Shown piece by piece: positions 11,681 to 23,984 of a stretch of 64,000 nucleotides of DNA (positions within the stretch are counted from its first letter, which is position 1; every line of letters starts with the position of its first letter). The DNA comes from the human T2T-CHM13v2.0 reference genome, Homo sapiens, in assembly GCF_009914755.1 (NCBI RefSeq), contig NC_060936.1. One strand, given 5' to 3'. Under the pieces are notes generated by a model. The model was given only the letters and a program-made list of their open reading frames with translations. It was not told the origin of the DNA and did no database searches. Made by a program: the position numbers and the translations under genes.

Positions 11681-12820
11681 ACTGCGTAAGTTGTTCACCT
11701 ATGGCAGAGGTAGAAAAATAGCCACTGCCAGACTTGTGTGGCTTAGAAACACATCTCATTTAACCAATATGGTGCCTACATTTTTTTTAGCCAACATTTC
11801 AAGATTGACAGATTTCAGATTTAACACACACATACACACAGACACACACCCCTGGAATTGTAGCTTCTGTGGAAAACATTAGATCTGGCCATTTTGTTGC
11901 ATATCTCTGTGTGGCAGACAGCTTTCTTTTGGGGGATATATCCGTTTCCTCTAGCTAGCTTCATGAATAGAAGTAATCTGCCTGGCCCCCTAAGGTACCA
12001 GAAGTTCAGCTCTTGGGTTGCAGGCTCCAATCAGTTCCCTCATACCCCCGAAAATGAATTCAGGAATTTGTTTCACCTTCTCAAAGGAGACTGATAACCA
12101 AAAATAGTTATAAGTCAATTGAATAAAAGATACCTAGGGTTTCTTCCAGTTCTCAAATCCTAGGGAAATACAATGATTTAAATATTTTATCCTCAGACCT
12201 TATTAGTCCCTGCTATTAACACCATGGTCATGTTGAAGGGCTGTGTCAATCTGGATCTTGAAATGAAAAAGTCTATATAACCAGTCAGTGGGTCACCTAG
12301 ATAATAAATGATTCAACTTCCTACATGATCTGACCCCTGATCAACTTTGATTATGAAGATGGGTGAAATAATTTGATGTTCCTAATTTTTAAGATATATT
12401 TTCAGCCAAAGCAGAAGGGAAGAGGTTTGAGGAAATGGTTTAGTATTATCAACACTTCTCTTGGAATTTTCCCTCTACCCTTAAACTGTATACTTTAGCC
12501 ACTTTGTTCTCTGAATGTACCATGTGTTTTTTCTCTAATTTTGTTCATGGTATCCTGTTTGTTTAGAGCTTTCCTACTCCCATCTATATAATAAATATTC
12601 ACTCATATTGCATCTTCTTTCAAAGCCCAGGTCAGATTACACTAAATTAGTAATGAAATTACTCATTGTATGTTATTTTATTCATAGCTTCATTAGAGCA
12701 CTTAGTCCACTGTGTTATGATGATTTGTTTTCTTTAACTTCCAGTTTTCTTTAACTCTCCAGTGTGTCCTGGTGTGTAGGATATAGTAAGTAACACATAG
12801 TAGGTACAAATTCAATGTTT

Positions 12821-13506
12821 TGTGTCCGGAATTGTTTGTTCCTCCCAGTGGGTTCTTGGTCTTGCTGACTTCAAGAATGAAGCCACGGACCTTTGCGGTG
12901 ACTGTTACAGCTCTTAAAGATGGTGTGTCCGGAGTTTCTTCCTTCAGATGTGTCCAGAGTTTCTTCCTTCTGGTGGGTTCGTGGTCCTGCTGACTTCAAG
13001 AATGAAGCCGCGGACCTTCACGGTGAGTGTTAACAGCTCTTAAAGGTGATGCAGACCCAAAGAGTGAGCAGCAGCAAGATTTATTGTGAAGAGTGAAAGA
13101 ACAAAGCTTCCACAGTGTGGAAGGGGACCTGAGCGGGTTGCTGCTGTTGGCTGGGGTGGCCAGCTTTTATTCCCTTATTTGACCCCACCCACGTCCTGCT
13201 GATTGGTCCATTTTACACAGTGCTGATTGGTCCATTTTACAGAGTGTATTGGTGCGTTTACAATTCTTTAGCTAGACACAGAATGCTAATTGGTGCGTTT
13301 TTACAGAGTGCTGATTGGTGCGTTTACAATCCTTTAGCTAGATACAGAGTGCTGATTGGTGCGTTTTTACAGAGTGCTGATTGGTGCGTTTACAATCCTT
13401 TACCTAGACACAGAGTGCTGATTGGTGCATTTATAATCCTCTAGCTAGACAGAAAAGTTCTTCAAGTCCCCACCCAACCCAGAGGCCCAGCTGGCTTCAC
13501 CTCTCA
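12821..13506 (-). mobile_element. 3' LTR (short LTR12 type) of the provirus
   Basis: Minus strand TGAGAGGTGAAGCCAGCTG...CCGGACACA, 686 bp with tandem CCAAT repeats. Polypurine tract AGAGGGGGGAT immediately upstream (13507-13517). Confidence 0.94.
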
Positions 13507-13517
13507 ATCCCCCCTCT

Positions 13518-14075
13518 AAACAGGACACCCCAACTGCTGTTGGGAATCGGCCAGTGACTGCTCTAGCTAATTCCTGCTGGATAGGGGTGAAGAAGGAGCC
13601 CTGCAGTTGTAGTGTCCTCCATAGGGGAACTCTTTAGGCCAGTGAAAGGGCCAGCGGGTCAGTCCAGGGATCCTTGGTAGAAGTTGTTTGTTGAGCTCAT
13701 TTGGGGTTCCATTTGTAAGACCATCTGTAACTTGATGGCCTCGATCCTAGAGGAAACAGATTTGACAAGGAGGTTAAAAATATAGGGCCCGAAGGTGAGT
13801 AATAGCAAGATGGCTGCCACGGGACCTAGAAAGGGGAGAAGCCAGGTTGCCCAACTCCAGAGGTTGGTATAAGAGTTTGAAAGGTGTTGTTTGATTTCAG
13901 AAGCCTTTTCCTGTAAATGCTGGGTGGCACCTCATACTATCCCTGACTGGTTAGTGTAAAAACAATACTTTTCCCCTAAGAAAGTGCAGAGTCCTCCTTT
14001 CTCAGCAGTGAGGAGGTCTAGTCCTTGGCGGTTTTGGACAGTCACTGCTGCCAAAGAGTCTATTTGGGATTGTAA
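13518..14075 (-). pseudogene. HERV9 env transmembrane-subunit remnant
   Basis: Minus translation [47 protein letters not shown] contains the immunosuppressive domain and a degenerate CX6CC motif. Stops follow and SU is absent. Confidence 0.85.
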
Positions 14076-14289
14076 AGAGAAGACCTTCAATTATCAATTA
14101 TAGTTTTAAATTTACCCTGGTTTTTAAAGCAATGGGGTATACTGTTTTTTCTTTACTATTTCTTTTTCTCTCTTTGACTCCTTCTTTGTCTCTCTCTTTC
14201 TCTCTCTGTCTCTGACTCCCTCTTTTTCTCTTCCTCCCTCTCTCTCTCTGACTTTCTGTCTCTTTCTCTCTTTCCTTTCTGCTGGCCTT

Positions 14290-14516
14290 TCCCTGCCTCT
14301 GCCAGCCGCTTATGCTGCTGTTCTCCTCTCTCCTTCTTCTTTTTGATGGCTTCAGCTGTGTAAGACTGCCACCTCCTTGGGTTTTTGCACTGCATGCAAT
14401 AACTCCATGATTTCCTTGTGGTATTTGATGGGGGTTCCCCCAGAGGTTAGGAACTCCCTTTCTTTCCATATTGCAACATGGGCATGTAGGATTAAATGAG
14501 CACACTTACTATCTGT
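14290..14516 (-). pseudogene. HERV9 pol RNase H remnant
   Basis: Minus translation TDSKCAHLILHAHVAIWKEREFLTSGGTPIKYHKEIMELLHAVQKPKEVAVLHS* matches gammaretroviral RNase H. Confidence 0.85.
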
Positions 14517-14749
14517 AGCAAAGTCTCCCAATTACAACTGAGGAGGTGGGAGAAATACCTGGTTACAGGCTGTCCCAGGATTCCTCAGGTGGTAACAGAC
14601 CTTGAGGACAGTCATCCAGGACAGGAGATTAGCACTGAGAAGGCCATGTCAGTGTCCAGGAGGAAGTCAATTTCCTGGCCCTCAATTGTTAAAAGTACCC
14701 GAGGCTCAGTGAGGGTGATGACGTGAGCTGGTGCCTGCCCCAGGCACCC
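14517..14749 (-). pseudogene. HERV9 protease remnant
   Basis: In frame after the gag TGA (14752-14750): GCLGQAPAHVITLTEPRVLLTIEGQEIDFLLDTDMAFSVL. The catalytic DTG is changed to DTD and internal stops are present. Confidence 0.85.
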
Positions 14750-16208
14750 TCAGTCCTGTTGTTGGATCATCTGGTTGGGGCCTTCTGGCCCGGAGAATCT
14801 TTGCCCTCTGGGGCAGTGTGCCTTCCAATGATTGCCTTGGCATAGTGGACATGGACAAGGGGGCAGCTTGTTTCTCGTTGGACAGTCTTTTTTAAAATGT
14901 CCTTGTAAACCACACTGATAACAAGCCCTACCGGGTGATTGGCCTGCTCCATTTTCTGTCCTCTCTGAACCACCAAGGTTTGTCTGTCTGAGGGCCATGA
15001 CTAAGGCTGTGTCCTTTGTCTAATCTCGTTTTTCCTTTTCGGACTGTTCCTCTTGTTCCCTATTATAGAACACCAAGATTGCCAGGTTTAATAACGCCTC
15101 CAGATTTTTTTCAGGGCCCAGGGCTCACTTTTGGAGCTTTCTCCTGATATCTGTGGCTGATTGGGTAATAAACTTGTCTTTTAAGATCAATTGACCCTCA
15201 AGTGAGCCGGGTGACAGGGGAGTATATTTTCTTAACGCCTCCTGTAGCTGCTCAGGGAAGTCAGAAGGATTTTCTTCCCTTCCCTGAGTTATGGTGGACA
15301 TCAATGAATAATTTATGGACTTTTTCCTAATTCTCCTTAGTCCTTCTAGAACACAGGTCAACAGATGTTTACGACTCCAGTCCTCATGATCTGAGTCTAT
15401 ATCCCAGTGGATCCATACTGGGGACGGCTTGCTGACTGGTAGGGAATTTGTCCCTTTTTTCAGCTGTCATTCCATCATTTACTTGACTAAGATACAAGGT
15501 ATCTCCAAACTCTCGTGCTGCAGCTAAAGCTGCATTCTTTTCATTAAAGGTCAGGGTTTGATCTATCAATAGCATGACGTCTCTCCAAGTAAGACTAAAG
15601 GTTTGCCCTAGACCCTGTAGGACATCCATATACCTATCAGGATCATCTGAATGCTTCCCCAGGTCTGCCTTGATCTGCTTTAAATCAGAGAGGGAGAAGG
15701 GGACATGTACCTGGGTTGGGCCAAATTCCCTTCCCCCTACAGCTTGAAGGGGACATAACGAATAGCCTGGGGATTTTTGTGGTCCTCTGGAGAGTTCTTT
15801 GCTTGTTTCCTTCTGGGCAGGGGAGATTAGAGGAGGCTTATCATTAATAGGAAGGGGAGCTATAGGGAGGCTAGGATATGGGGGTAAGCTGAGAGGTCCT
15901 CCTGTGAGATGTAAATTGCAAGCTTTGCATAGTTGTGTATTCTCCTTCAATGAAAAGAAAGCTTGGACATAAGGTATTTCACTCCATTTGCCTTCCCTTT
16001 TACAGAAAAGGTCAAGCTGCAGGATAGTATTGTAATTTGTACTGCCCTCAGGTGGCCATTTTTCCCCATCAGAGAGAGAATATTGGGGCCAGGCCATAGT
16101 GCAGAAAAAACTGAGCCACCTCTTTTTTAGGATTTGCAGGTCAAATTGGTCCCAGTGGCTTAGGATGCATTTCAAGGGTGAGCCTGTTGGTGCCTGAGTG
16201 TTTCCCAT
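14750..16208 (-). pseudogene. HERV9 gag (frameshift near 15400 and a stop near 15125)
   Basis: ATG at 16208 gives MGNTQ (myristoylation-type start), PPPY-like LPPY, the MHR ITQGREENPSDFPEQLQEALRKYT, and zinc knuckles CYQCGLQGHFKKDC and CPLCQGNHWKAHC. Confidence 0.92.
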
Positions 16209-17434
16209 CTGAAAGACAAAACCGCCTGTGATTTTGGTTTGTTTGTTTCTCCCCCTGCCCAAGAACCCACAAGGGTCCCTGGACCTTGCTGATTGGAATA
16301 GTTGCACTCGCCGACGTAGCAGCAGAAACACTTCTTGCCCAAGAACCTGCAACGGTCCCTGGACCCTGCTGATCAGAATAGTTGCACTCACCGACGCAGC
16401 AGCAGAAACACTAGTTTTCCTTCTAGACCACAAGGAGGACCGAGGAAGGTCGGATTTAGTGGCCCTTACCGACGCATTCTCGAAAACCTGCACCCTTGCG
16501 TGTCCTCCTAGACCACAAAGAGGCCCAAGAAAAATCGGATTTAGTGTCCCTTACTGATGCATTATCGAAAACCTGTTAGAGTCCTAAGCGTTCTCCTGTT
16601 AGTATTGGGACCTTACCACTGTCCTATAAATATGTTATGCCCCAAAAATGAAGTGGAGGGCCATACCCTGAGGGAGGGAAGGGATCTCGAGGGTTGGAAG
16701 AGTGACACCTTTTGTCCTCACTTGAATAGGAAGGATATCATTTCTGAAGCTCCCCATATCCTAGCTTCAGGAATAGCTTTTGTTAGGCCTGCTTGTCTGT
16801 GGTGGGATCCTAAAATTCAAGATAGTCCCTCCTACAATGGGGCTTTGGGCAAAAATTATGTCTTTCTGATTGGTGAGCCCGGGTGCCTAAAGAAGGGAAT
16901 AGAGTCCTGGAGTTTATGCTAGAAATCATTCATATAGGAGAAACTAGAAAAGCATCAGAGACAGGGAGTGGTTTTTAGAAGCGGGACTAGCCTTGGAGAA
17001 GAGAGGTGAGAGAAAGTTTGTCTGACAGGCATTAGGACCCAGGAGGCAAGGGTCAGGATAGATAGGATAGATGAGTGAGTCTCGCTGGGGCGACATAACT
17101 TTGAGAGTTCCACTCATGGCTGCAAGGTCAACCAACTTGTTTGTGGGACCCTGGAGCTGATTGGCTTTTCTCTCTGTCAACCCTTGGCTCAGCCCAGAAG
17201 TACAGGAAAAGCAGAAGCTGGTTCCAGGCAAACCAGTGCTCCCAACTCCAAAGAGCCAGGGGTTGTTAGAGAGCTCTTTCCCAGAAAGTCTAACACCTGT
17301 GTCTTTAGTCTGGAGGTCATGCTAGTCGCTTTTAACTGGCCAATAGGTGCCCAGTATTAGCCCCCGAATTCTAAGGAAAAATAGGACAGAATAGCAAGCG
17401 AAAGGGGTCTGATGGTACTCACTGCTTGGTGATA

Positions 17435-17452
17435 GTCCCTTTGTGATCGCCA
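17435..17452 (-). other. Primer binding site, tRNA-Arg type
   Basis: Minus strand TGGCGATCACAAAGGGAC lies 3 nt from the 5' LTR end. It differs by two transitions from the ERV9 Arg PBS TGGCGACCACGAAGGGAC as I recall it. Confidence 0.85.
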
Positions 17453-17455
17453 AAA

Positions 17456-18100
17456 TGTGTCCAGAATTGTTTGTTCCTCCCGGTGGGTTCTTGGTCTCAC
17501 TGACTTCAAGAATGAAGCCACAGACCTTTGCGGTGAGTATTACACTCTTTAAGATGGTGTGTCTGGAGTTTGTTCCTTCAGATATGTCCAGAGTTTCTTC
17601 CTTCTGGTGGGTTCGTCTTGCTGACTTCAAGAACGAAGCCACAGACCTTCACAGCGAGTGTTACAGCTCTTAAAGGTGGTGTGGACCCAAAGAGTGAGCA
17701 ACAGCAAGATTTATTGTGAAGATCGAAATAACAAAGCTTCCACAGCATGGAAGGGGACCTGAGCAGGTTGCTGCTGCTGGCTGGGGTGGCCAGCTTTTAT
17801 TCCCTTATTTGGCTCTGCTGATTGGTCCATTTTACAGAGCACTGATTGGTCCATTTTACAGAGTGCTGATTGGTGCGTTTACAATCCCTTAGCTAGACAC
17901 AGAGTGCTGATTGGTGCGTTTACAGTCCTGTAGCTAGACACAGAGTGCTGATTGGTGTGTTTTTACAGGGTGCTGATTGGTGCATTTACAATCCTTTAGC
18001 TAGACACAGAGTGCTGATTGGTGCATTTATAATCCTCTAGCTCAATAGAAAAGTTCTCCAAGTCCCCACCCGACCCAGAAGCCCAGCTGGATTCACCTCT
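17456..18100 (-). mobile_element. 5' LTR (short LTR12 type) of the provirus
   Basis: Colinear with 12821-13506 and 645 bp long. It lacks the terminal TG. Confidence 0.94.
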
Positions 18101-18610
18101 GTTTGTTGAATTTAATATGGTTACATAGAGAGTATGTGGGCATTCCAAGTGTATAGAACAGTGTAAGCAAAAGGGTGAAGCTGGAAAATTATAAAGCATA
18201 TTTCAGGACAGTTAGAAACATGGAGCAAAGTATTAATATATTTTTAAGTAGCTAAAAATAATGTCAGAAAAAAATATTGCAGATAGTTTTGGAGGCTTGG
18301 CTGTTAAACTTTTTGAAATCATCCTTCCATGGGGACAATAGTGGTCTAGAGATGAAGGATGTGTGCTGAGACAAGGTGATGGCAGTGGAATAGGAAGGAA
18401 GTGATAGTTTTGAAAGATGCTGTACAGAGAAAATTGGTAGTGCTTGGTGACTGTTTATATAAAGTTTAGAGAAAAGGAAGAATCAAAGGTAATTCCAAGA
18501 TTTTGATTGCAAACTTACAGAATAATAATGAACAAATGGTACCACTAGCAAAATTAGGAGAATCAGCAGAGGAAGCTGGGGAAATAATGTATTGCATTTT
18601 AGATATATGT

Positions 18611-18977
18611 TGCTGTGGTCTGAATATGCTCCTCCAAATTCATATGCTAAATATTAATTGCCAGTGTGATGGTATTAAGAAGTAGGACCTTTAGTAGGTG
18701 ATTGAGTCATGAGGGTGGAGCCCTCATGAATGAGATTAGTGCCCGTATAAAAGAGGTACAAGGAAGCTGACCACCCCTGCTGCATGTGAAGATGTAGCAA
18801 GGAGCACCATCTTGGAAGCAGAGAGCAACCCTCAATCTGTACCAACTATGCTGGCGATTGGTTTGTTCTTGGACTTCCCAGCCTCTAGAGCTGTGAGGAA
18901 AAAAAAAATATATATGTATGTTCTTTATAAATTACCCAGTCTCAAGTATTTTGTTATAGCAGGAAAGGATTGAAACA
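18611..18977 (+). mobile_element. MaLR LTR (MST/MLT1A type)
   Basis: tgctgtggtctgaat...catgagggtggagccctcatgaat...ttataaattacccagtctcaagtattttgttatagca...aca. Confidence 0.85.
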
Positions 18978-20226
18978 GTTGTGTTTGAGGTCTTCCATGT
19001 AGAGATATTTAAGAAGTCCCATTCACTGCCTCCCAATCACTCACCTACTACCTTAAGTTTTTAGAAATGATTGAGATGTTTCAAGTGTAAACTGTCACTA
19101 CTCTGGGCAGTAGGCTGAATTAGTGAGGTCCAGAAGTGATTGAAATGAATTTAAACCTACTGATGTTTGAGAAGAAGGAATAGACAACCTTTGAGCATCT
19201 CTTTTATGGCCTTTATAATATCAGTATTCTTCAATACTGTGGTCATTAATAGAATTAAGAATAGATCAGTGGAATTTATCCCTTATGACCTCAGAATGCC
19301 TGGTTACTCTTATATCCCAATTTAGGTTTGCAAAAATTACTTAGCATTTTATCAGTATGAAATTGTAGTTGTGGCCAATACAACAGGTGTGACCTCTGCC
19401 TTCAAAAATGTACATCTCAATAAGGAGGATAACAGATATCAATAATTGTAGCACAAAACAAAATGGAAGATGAATGGATTATGCCTTTCTAAGCAGAATT
19501 TTATTCTAGTTTCTTCCCATTTAATGTAGGAATTATACTTTTTCTAGATTAAGTAATATGTGAAAGTCCATGCTCTGAGCATTGCTCAAGAAATGGTTTT
19601 CAATCTTTATATTTTTTAAATTATTGAATTTCCAATTATGTGACAGTACTTTTATCGAAAACTAGTTGATTTCATTTTCCAGATAAGTTTTTCAACTCAT
19701 ACAAATTTTTAAACTCATACATTCATCCCTCTTTTTCAACATTCTTTATCTTCTAAATTAAAAACATGTACATCTCTCAATCATTGTATTGCTTTCATGA
19801 GTTAGTTTTGATAATTCTCTGCAAGAAATTCTAGTCCCCCTGCTTCTGCAAGTCAAGCTGTTCTTCATTTGTAATTTTATTCTTCTCCATGTGTTTCTTA
19901 AAAATTTCAATGTCATTTTATTGGGAACTGAAGTAATCTTCTATGACAATTATTTTTAATTTAAATCATAACAGTATTTTTACAATTTATTCAGAGTTTC
20001 ACCACAAGTGGCTCTATCTTTGACAACGGTTATTTCTCAAAATTTATCTTAGTTTACTATCTTTGTATCTATTGACTATAAAAGCATTATCCAAACACAG
20101 TGAACCTATCCTTTTGTCTGGAACACTTTCATTTATAAACCTTTAATACTGCTTAATACTTTATAATATTTTCTACAAAAGACAAATGTGGAAGCATAAT
20201 CTTATTGTTAAATTATCTTTAAATAA

Positions 20227-20592
<366 letters not shown>

Positions 20593-22201
20593 AATATTGT
20601 AATTTATTTCTACTTTTGTTTGTTTTTAGTCTTTTTTTCTGTTCATCTCATATATGAATTTAAAAAAAATTTAGTCAAAAAAGTAAATATCACATGTGGC
20701 TGATTCTTCTCTGGATCAAGTGGTTGCATGCGTCACCTAGCATATCTCTAGGATTATGCAAAAAGACAATAAGCTTGCCTTTATTATAGATTTCAACCTG
20801 CATCATGCAAATTTATTATAACCATTTACTGTTATTAACATATGTTGTCAAATGGAATATTCTGACCTGTATGTTTGGTATCTTAAATTATTTCTAGTTT
20901 TTTGTTAGCTGGGTGTTATCTAAAAAACTCAGCTTAGTAATTAAAATTGTGAAGAATGAAAGAGGATCTGTTTAATAATGAAAATACTGGAGAGTAAAGT
21001 TTAGTTTTTTAAAGTTAGACTAATTTTAGAAATAGGAAATTTAGTCTACCAGTGAAAAAAGAATAATCTCAGATTGTTTAGGAAGTAAAAAACTACTTAG
21101 TTTTTCTGCTTTGAATATTTAAAATAATCTCTAGAATCAAGAGAAAAAACAGTTAATTGAATTGTTTGTCGTAATTTAACATTGTGTGAGATGAAGGGTA
21201 AGGAAACTGTGAAAGATAGTAATGTTAATATCTTAGGTCACAAATCCCATTTAATAGCTAATTTAAATGAATGCTATAGAACCACTGCATCAAAAAAAGG
21301 CTTAAGTATGCACAAATATTCACAAAACTTTACATACAATTTTAGGTGATTCATAGCCCTTGTAAACTCTTAGACATCAGGATAAGAACTGCTGGTTGAA
21401 AACATTATTAGTATTACAATTGTTTGAATTCATCTTGATTTAGGCCGACACTTGTGCTTCTTCTCTATTTTTTTTTCGTGTATCTTCTGATTTCTTGTTA
21501 AGAAATATTCCATTTTTCAAACATTTATTTAACTAATTTTTATCAAGTGCTGAAAACTGTTGGTTCTCCTCTGAGTAAACACTGCATTTCAGGTTCAGCC
21601 ACAGAGTATCAGACCAGTGTCTTTAGGCTGATACCAATGACAGTCACGGAGGCTTAATTCTTCCCTTTTACATAATGATTGCAATCAAATGGGGAATTTA
21701 AATTTAACATTTAGGTTGGGTATTTTACTTGTTTATTTTCTATACAGCAATTACCTTGAATAATGGCCTGTAAAGAATAAAATTGACCTAACTTTTATGA
21801 ACTATACACATCATTACAAAAACTAAGGAAGTAGTAAAGAACAAGATCTGGTGGAGATAGGGTAGGAGCTAGATAGAAAAAAAGTATGTGTTTACTGCAA
21901 AGACCTTTCACTTCTTCCTTTTACTTGGCAAATGATTATAACTAAATTCAGTTGATAGAGTAGAATAAACACATCTATTTTGTGTTAATGTTGAAAGGGA
22001 GCTTAGAATAAGAATAGAAGATGAAATTGAACTCAAATTAATGAAATGCACAACGGGAAAGAAAAATACAGTTTTAAGAGAGGGATATAACTTAATTCTA
22101 CTCCCTCAAAATCCCTTATTAGTAATTTAGTTATGTTTAAATTTACAGTTTTCCTGAGACAAAGAATCCTTTATGTGCCTTGCCTCAATAATAAACAAAC
22201 T

Positions 22202-22507
22202 GGCCAGGTGCAATAGCTCAAACTTATGATCCCGGCATTTGGGAAGGGCTGAGGTGGGGGGATTGCTTGAGCCCAGGAGTTTGAGACCAGCCTGAGTAAC
22301 ATAGTGAGACCCTGTCTCTAGAAAAAATAAATTTAAAAAATTAGCTGGGCACAGTGGTGCATGCCCTTATCCCAGCTACTTAGGAGGCTGAGGTGAGAGG
22401 ATCACTTGAGCCCTGGAGATCAAGGTTGCAGTGAGCCATGATCATGCTGCTGCACTCTAGCCTGGGCAACAGAGTGAGACCTTTTCTCAAAAGACAACAA
22501 CAGCAAC
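22202..22507 (+). mobile_element. AluJ
   Basis: J-type ggattgcttgagcccaggagtttgagacc. TSD aataataaacaaa on both sides. Confidence 0.9.
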
Positions 22508-23608
22508 AATAATAAACAAATTGACAAGTCTTAATTATTTTTGGAAGCCCAAAAGTCTAGGTCCAGATCAAGATATAAAGAGAGATATTGGTCTTCTCAG
22601 TAAATGGACAGTAGCAGTGGCAGTGACTAAGGTAGTGACATTTTGAGGTGCTGTGGGGCAGTGGAGCCTACAGTGGTGTTCAGAAATGACAACCTAAGTA
22701 AGAAATGATGTATCTTTGGTCAGAAAAAGAGAAGAACAGAGGTTGATATCAATTCAAAGCAATTACTGCACTGAAATAAATATATTTTTAGTATACTTTA
22801 CATCACTTTTTAACATTTTACAATTTGAAATTTGTATTTTGCTAACAAAATTATATTTGATTTATCAAATTTGAATTTATTATTCAGAAAATATTTATAC
22901 ATATTTAATTTATTCTTAAATGCTTCTCATTTTAAATGAAGTTTAAAGTTTATTGGATTTCTGGGAATTTAGTATCTTGTTTTTTGTTATTTTTTGAAAC
23001 AGTTTGAGATTATGGGAAATTAAAACATTCTCGTGAAGCAAACTTGAAACTTTATTCCAGGTATTTAAGGCATAGCTGAAATTATATCTACCATATTTCA
23101 CATCAAATTTAGTAAGAAGTATCATTAATACTAAAACTCTCTCCTGCACTTGAAAGTTGATCCTGGGACATGATGCCCAGTGCTAACCAGTGGATTAACA
23201 GAAACTGAGTAATTCTTGCTTTCATCCTACCTAGAGCATAGTATCCAGTGTTAACTATTGGACCTCCATGTTGGTTCTCAAGGTGCAGTTCATCCATCCT
23301 TAGTCATGCCTTCATTCTGCTGATGGAGATCTTGCACTCAGGTTCCAGAGCCCAAATCTCCTTTCTCCCAGCAGGTCCCACATTTAAAAGCTAAGTGTGC
23401 ATATTGATCTTTCAGTTTCTTCTCTAGTAGCCTGTAAGATGTTCTGGCCTTAAATATTTGAGGTTTTAAAAATTCTATATTCCAATAAATTTGGAAAGTT
23501 GATCCAATTGTTAGGACACTCAGTAACTTAATTTGGACTTAATGGTTTAAGGGTTGCCTATTTATGTTCTAGGCCGCGTGTTAGGAATATATATTAAAAT
23601 ATAGTTAA

Positions 23609-23980
23609 TTGTTCCCCTCTATGTTTCCATGTGTTCTCATCATTTATTTCCCACTTATGAGTGAGAACGTTTGGTATTTGTTTTTCTGTTCTTGCATTAC
23701 TTTGCCAAGGATAATGACCTCCAGCTCCATCCATATCCCTGCAAAGGATATGATCTCGTTATTTTTTATGGTTGCGTAGTATTCCATGGTATATGTAATC
23801 TGTACAGTAAACCCTCATGACAAAAGTTTACCTATGTAACAAACCTGCACATGCATCCCGACCTTAAAAGTTTATATATGTATGTGTATATATATATATA
23901 TGTAGTTAAGTACATAATTGTATGTGTGTATATGAATGTACATGTATATGTGTATATATGTATTTGTTTATGTGTGTGAA
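23609..23980. mobile_element. Older L1PA 3' end with 5' inversion, followed by a (TA/TG)n tail-derived repeat
   Basis: 23609-23796 is antisense L1 3' sequence (cccacttatgagtgagaac...gtattccatggtatatgt). 23797-23871 is the sense L1 terminus (acctatgtaacaaacctgcacatg). Confidence 0.8.
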
Positions 23981-23984
23981 TTAC

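Larger units (their letters stand above)
12821..18100 (-). mobile_element. HERV9 provirus, internally deleted (LTR-gag-partial pro-RNaseH remnant-env TM remnant-LTR)
   Basis: Two LTR12 copies, PBS, PPT and retroviral protein motifs, all on the minus strand. TSD gttt at 12817-12820 and 18101-18104. Confidence 0.95.

Noticed and set aside
13195-13445. Regularly spaced gctgattggtgcg repeats resembling a CRISPR array (also 17815-18040 and 4560-4760)
   Set aside because: The spacers are themselves repeated. These are the ERV9 LTR CCAAT enhancer repeats in a eukaryotic genome, and no cas genes are present.
14098-14505. 135-aa and 79-aa R/E/K-rich ORFs
   Set aside because: Translations of the GA simple repeat in an off-frame of the pol remnant.
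21676-21687. 12-bp perfect palindrome tgattgcaatca
   Set aside because: A handful of such palindromes are expected by chance in 64 kb of AT-rich DNA.
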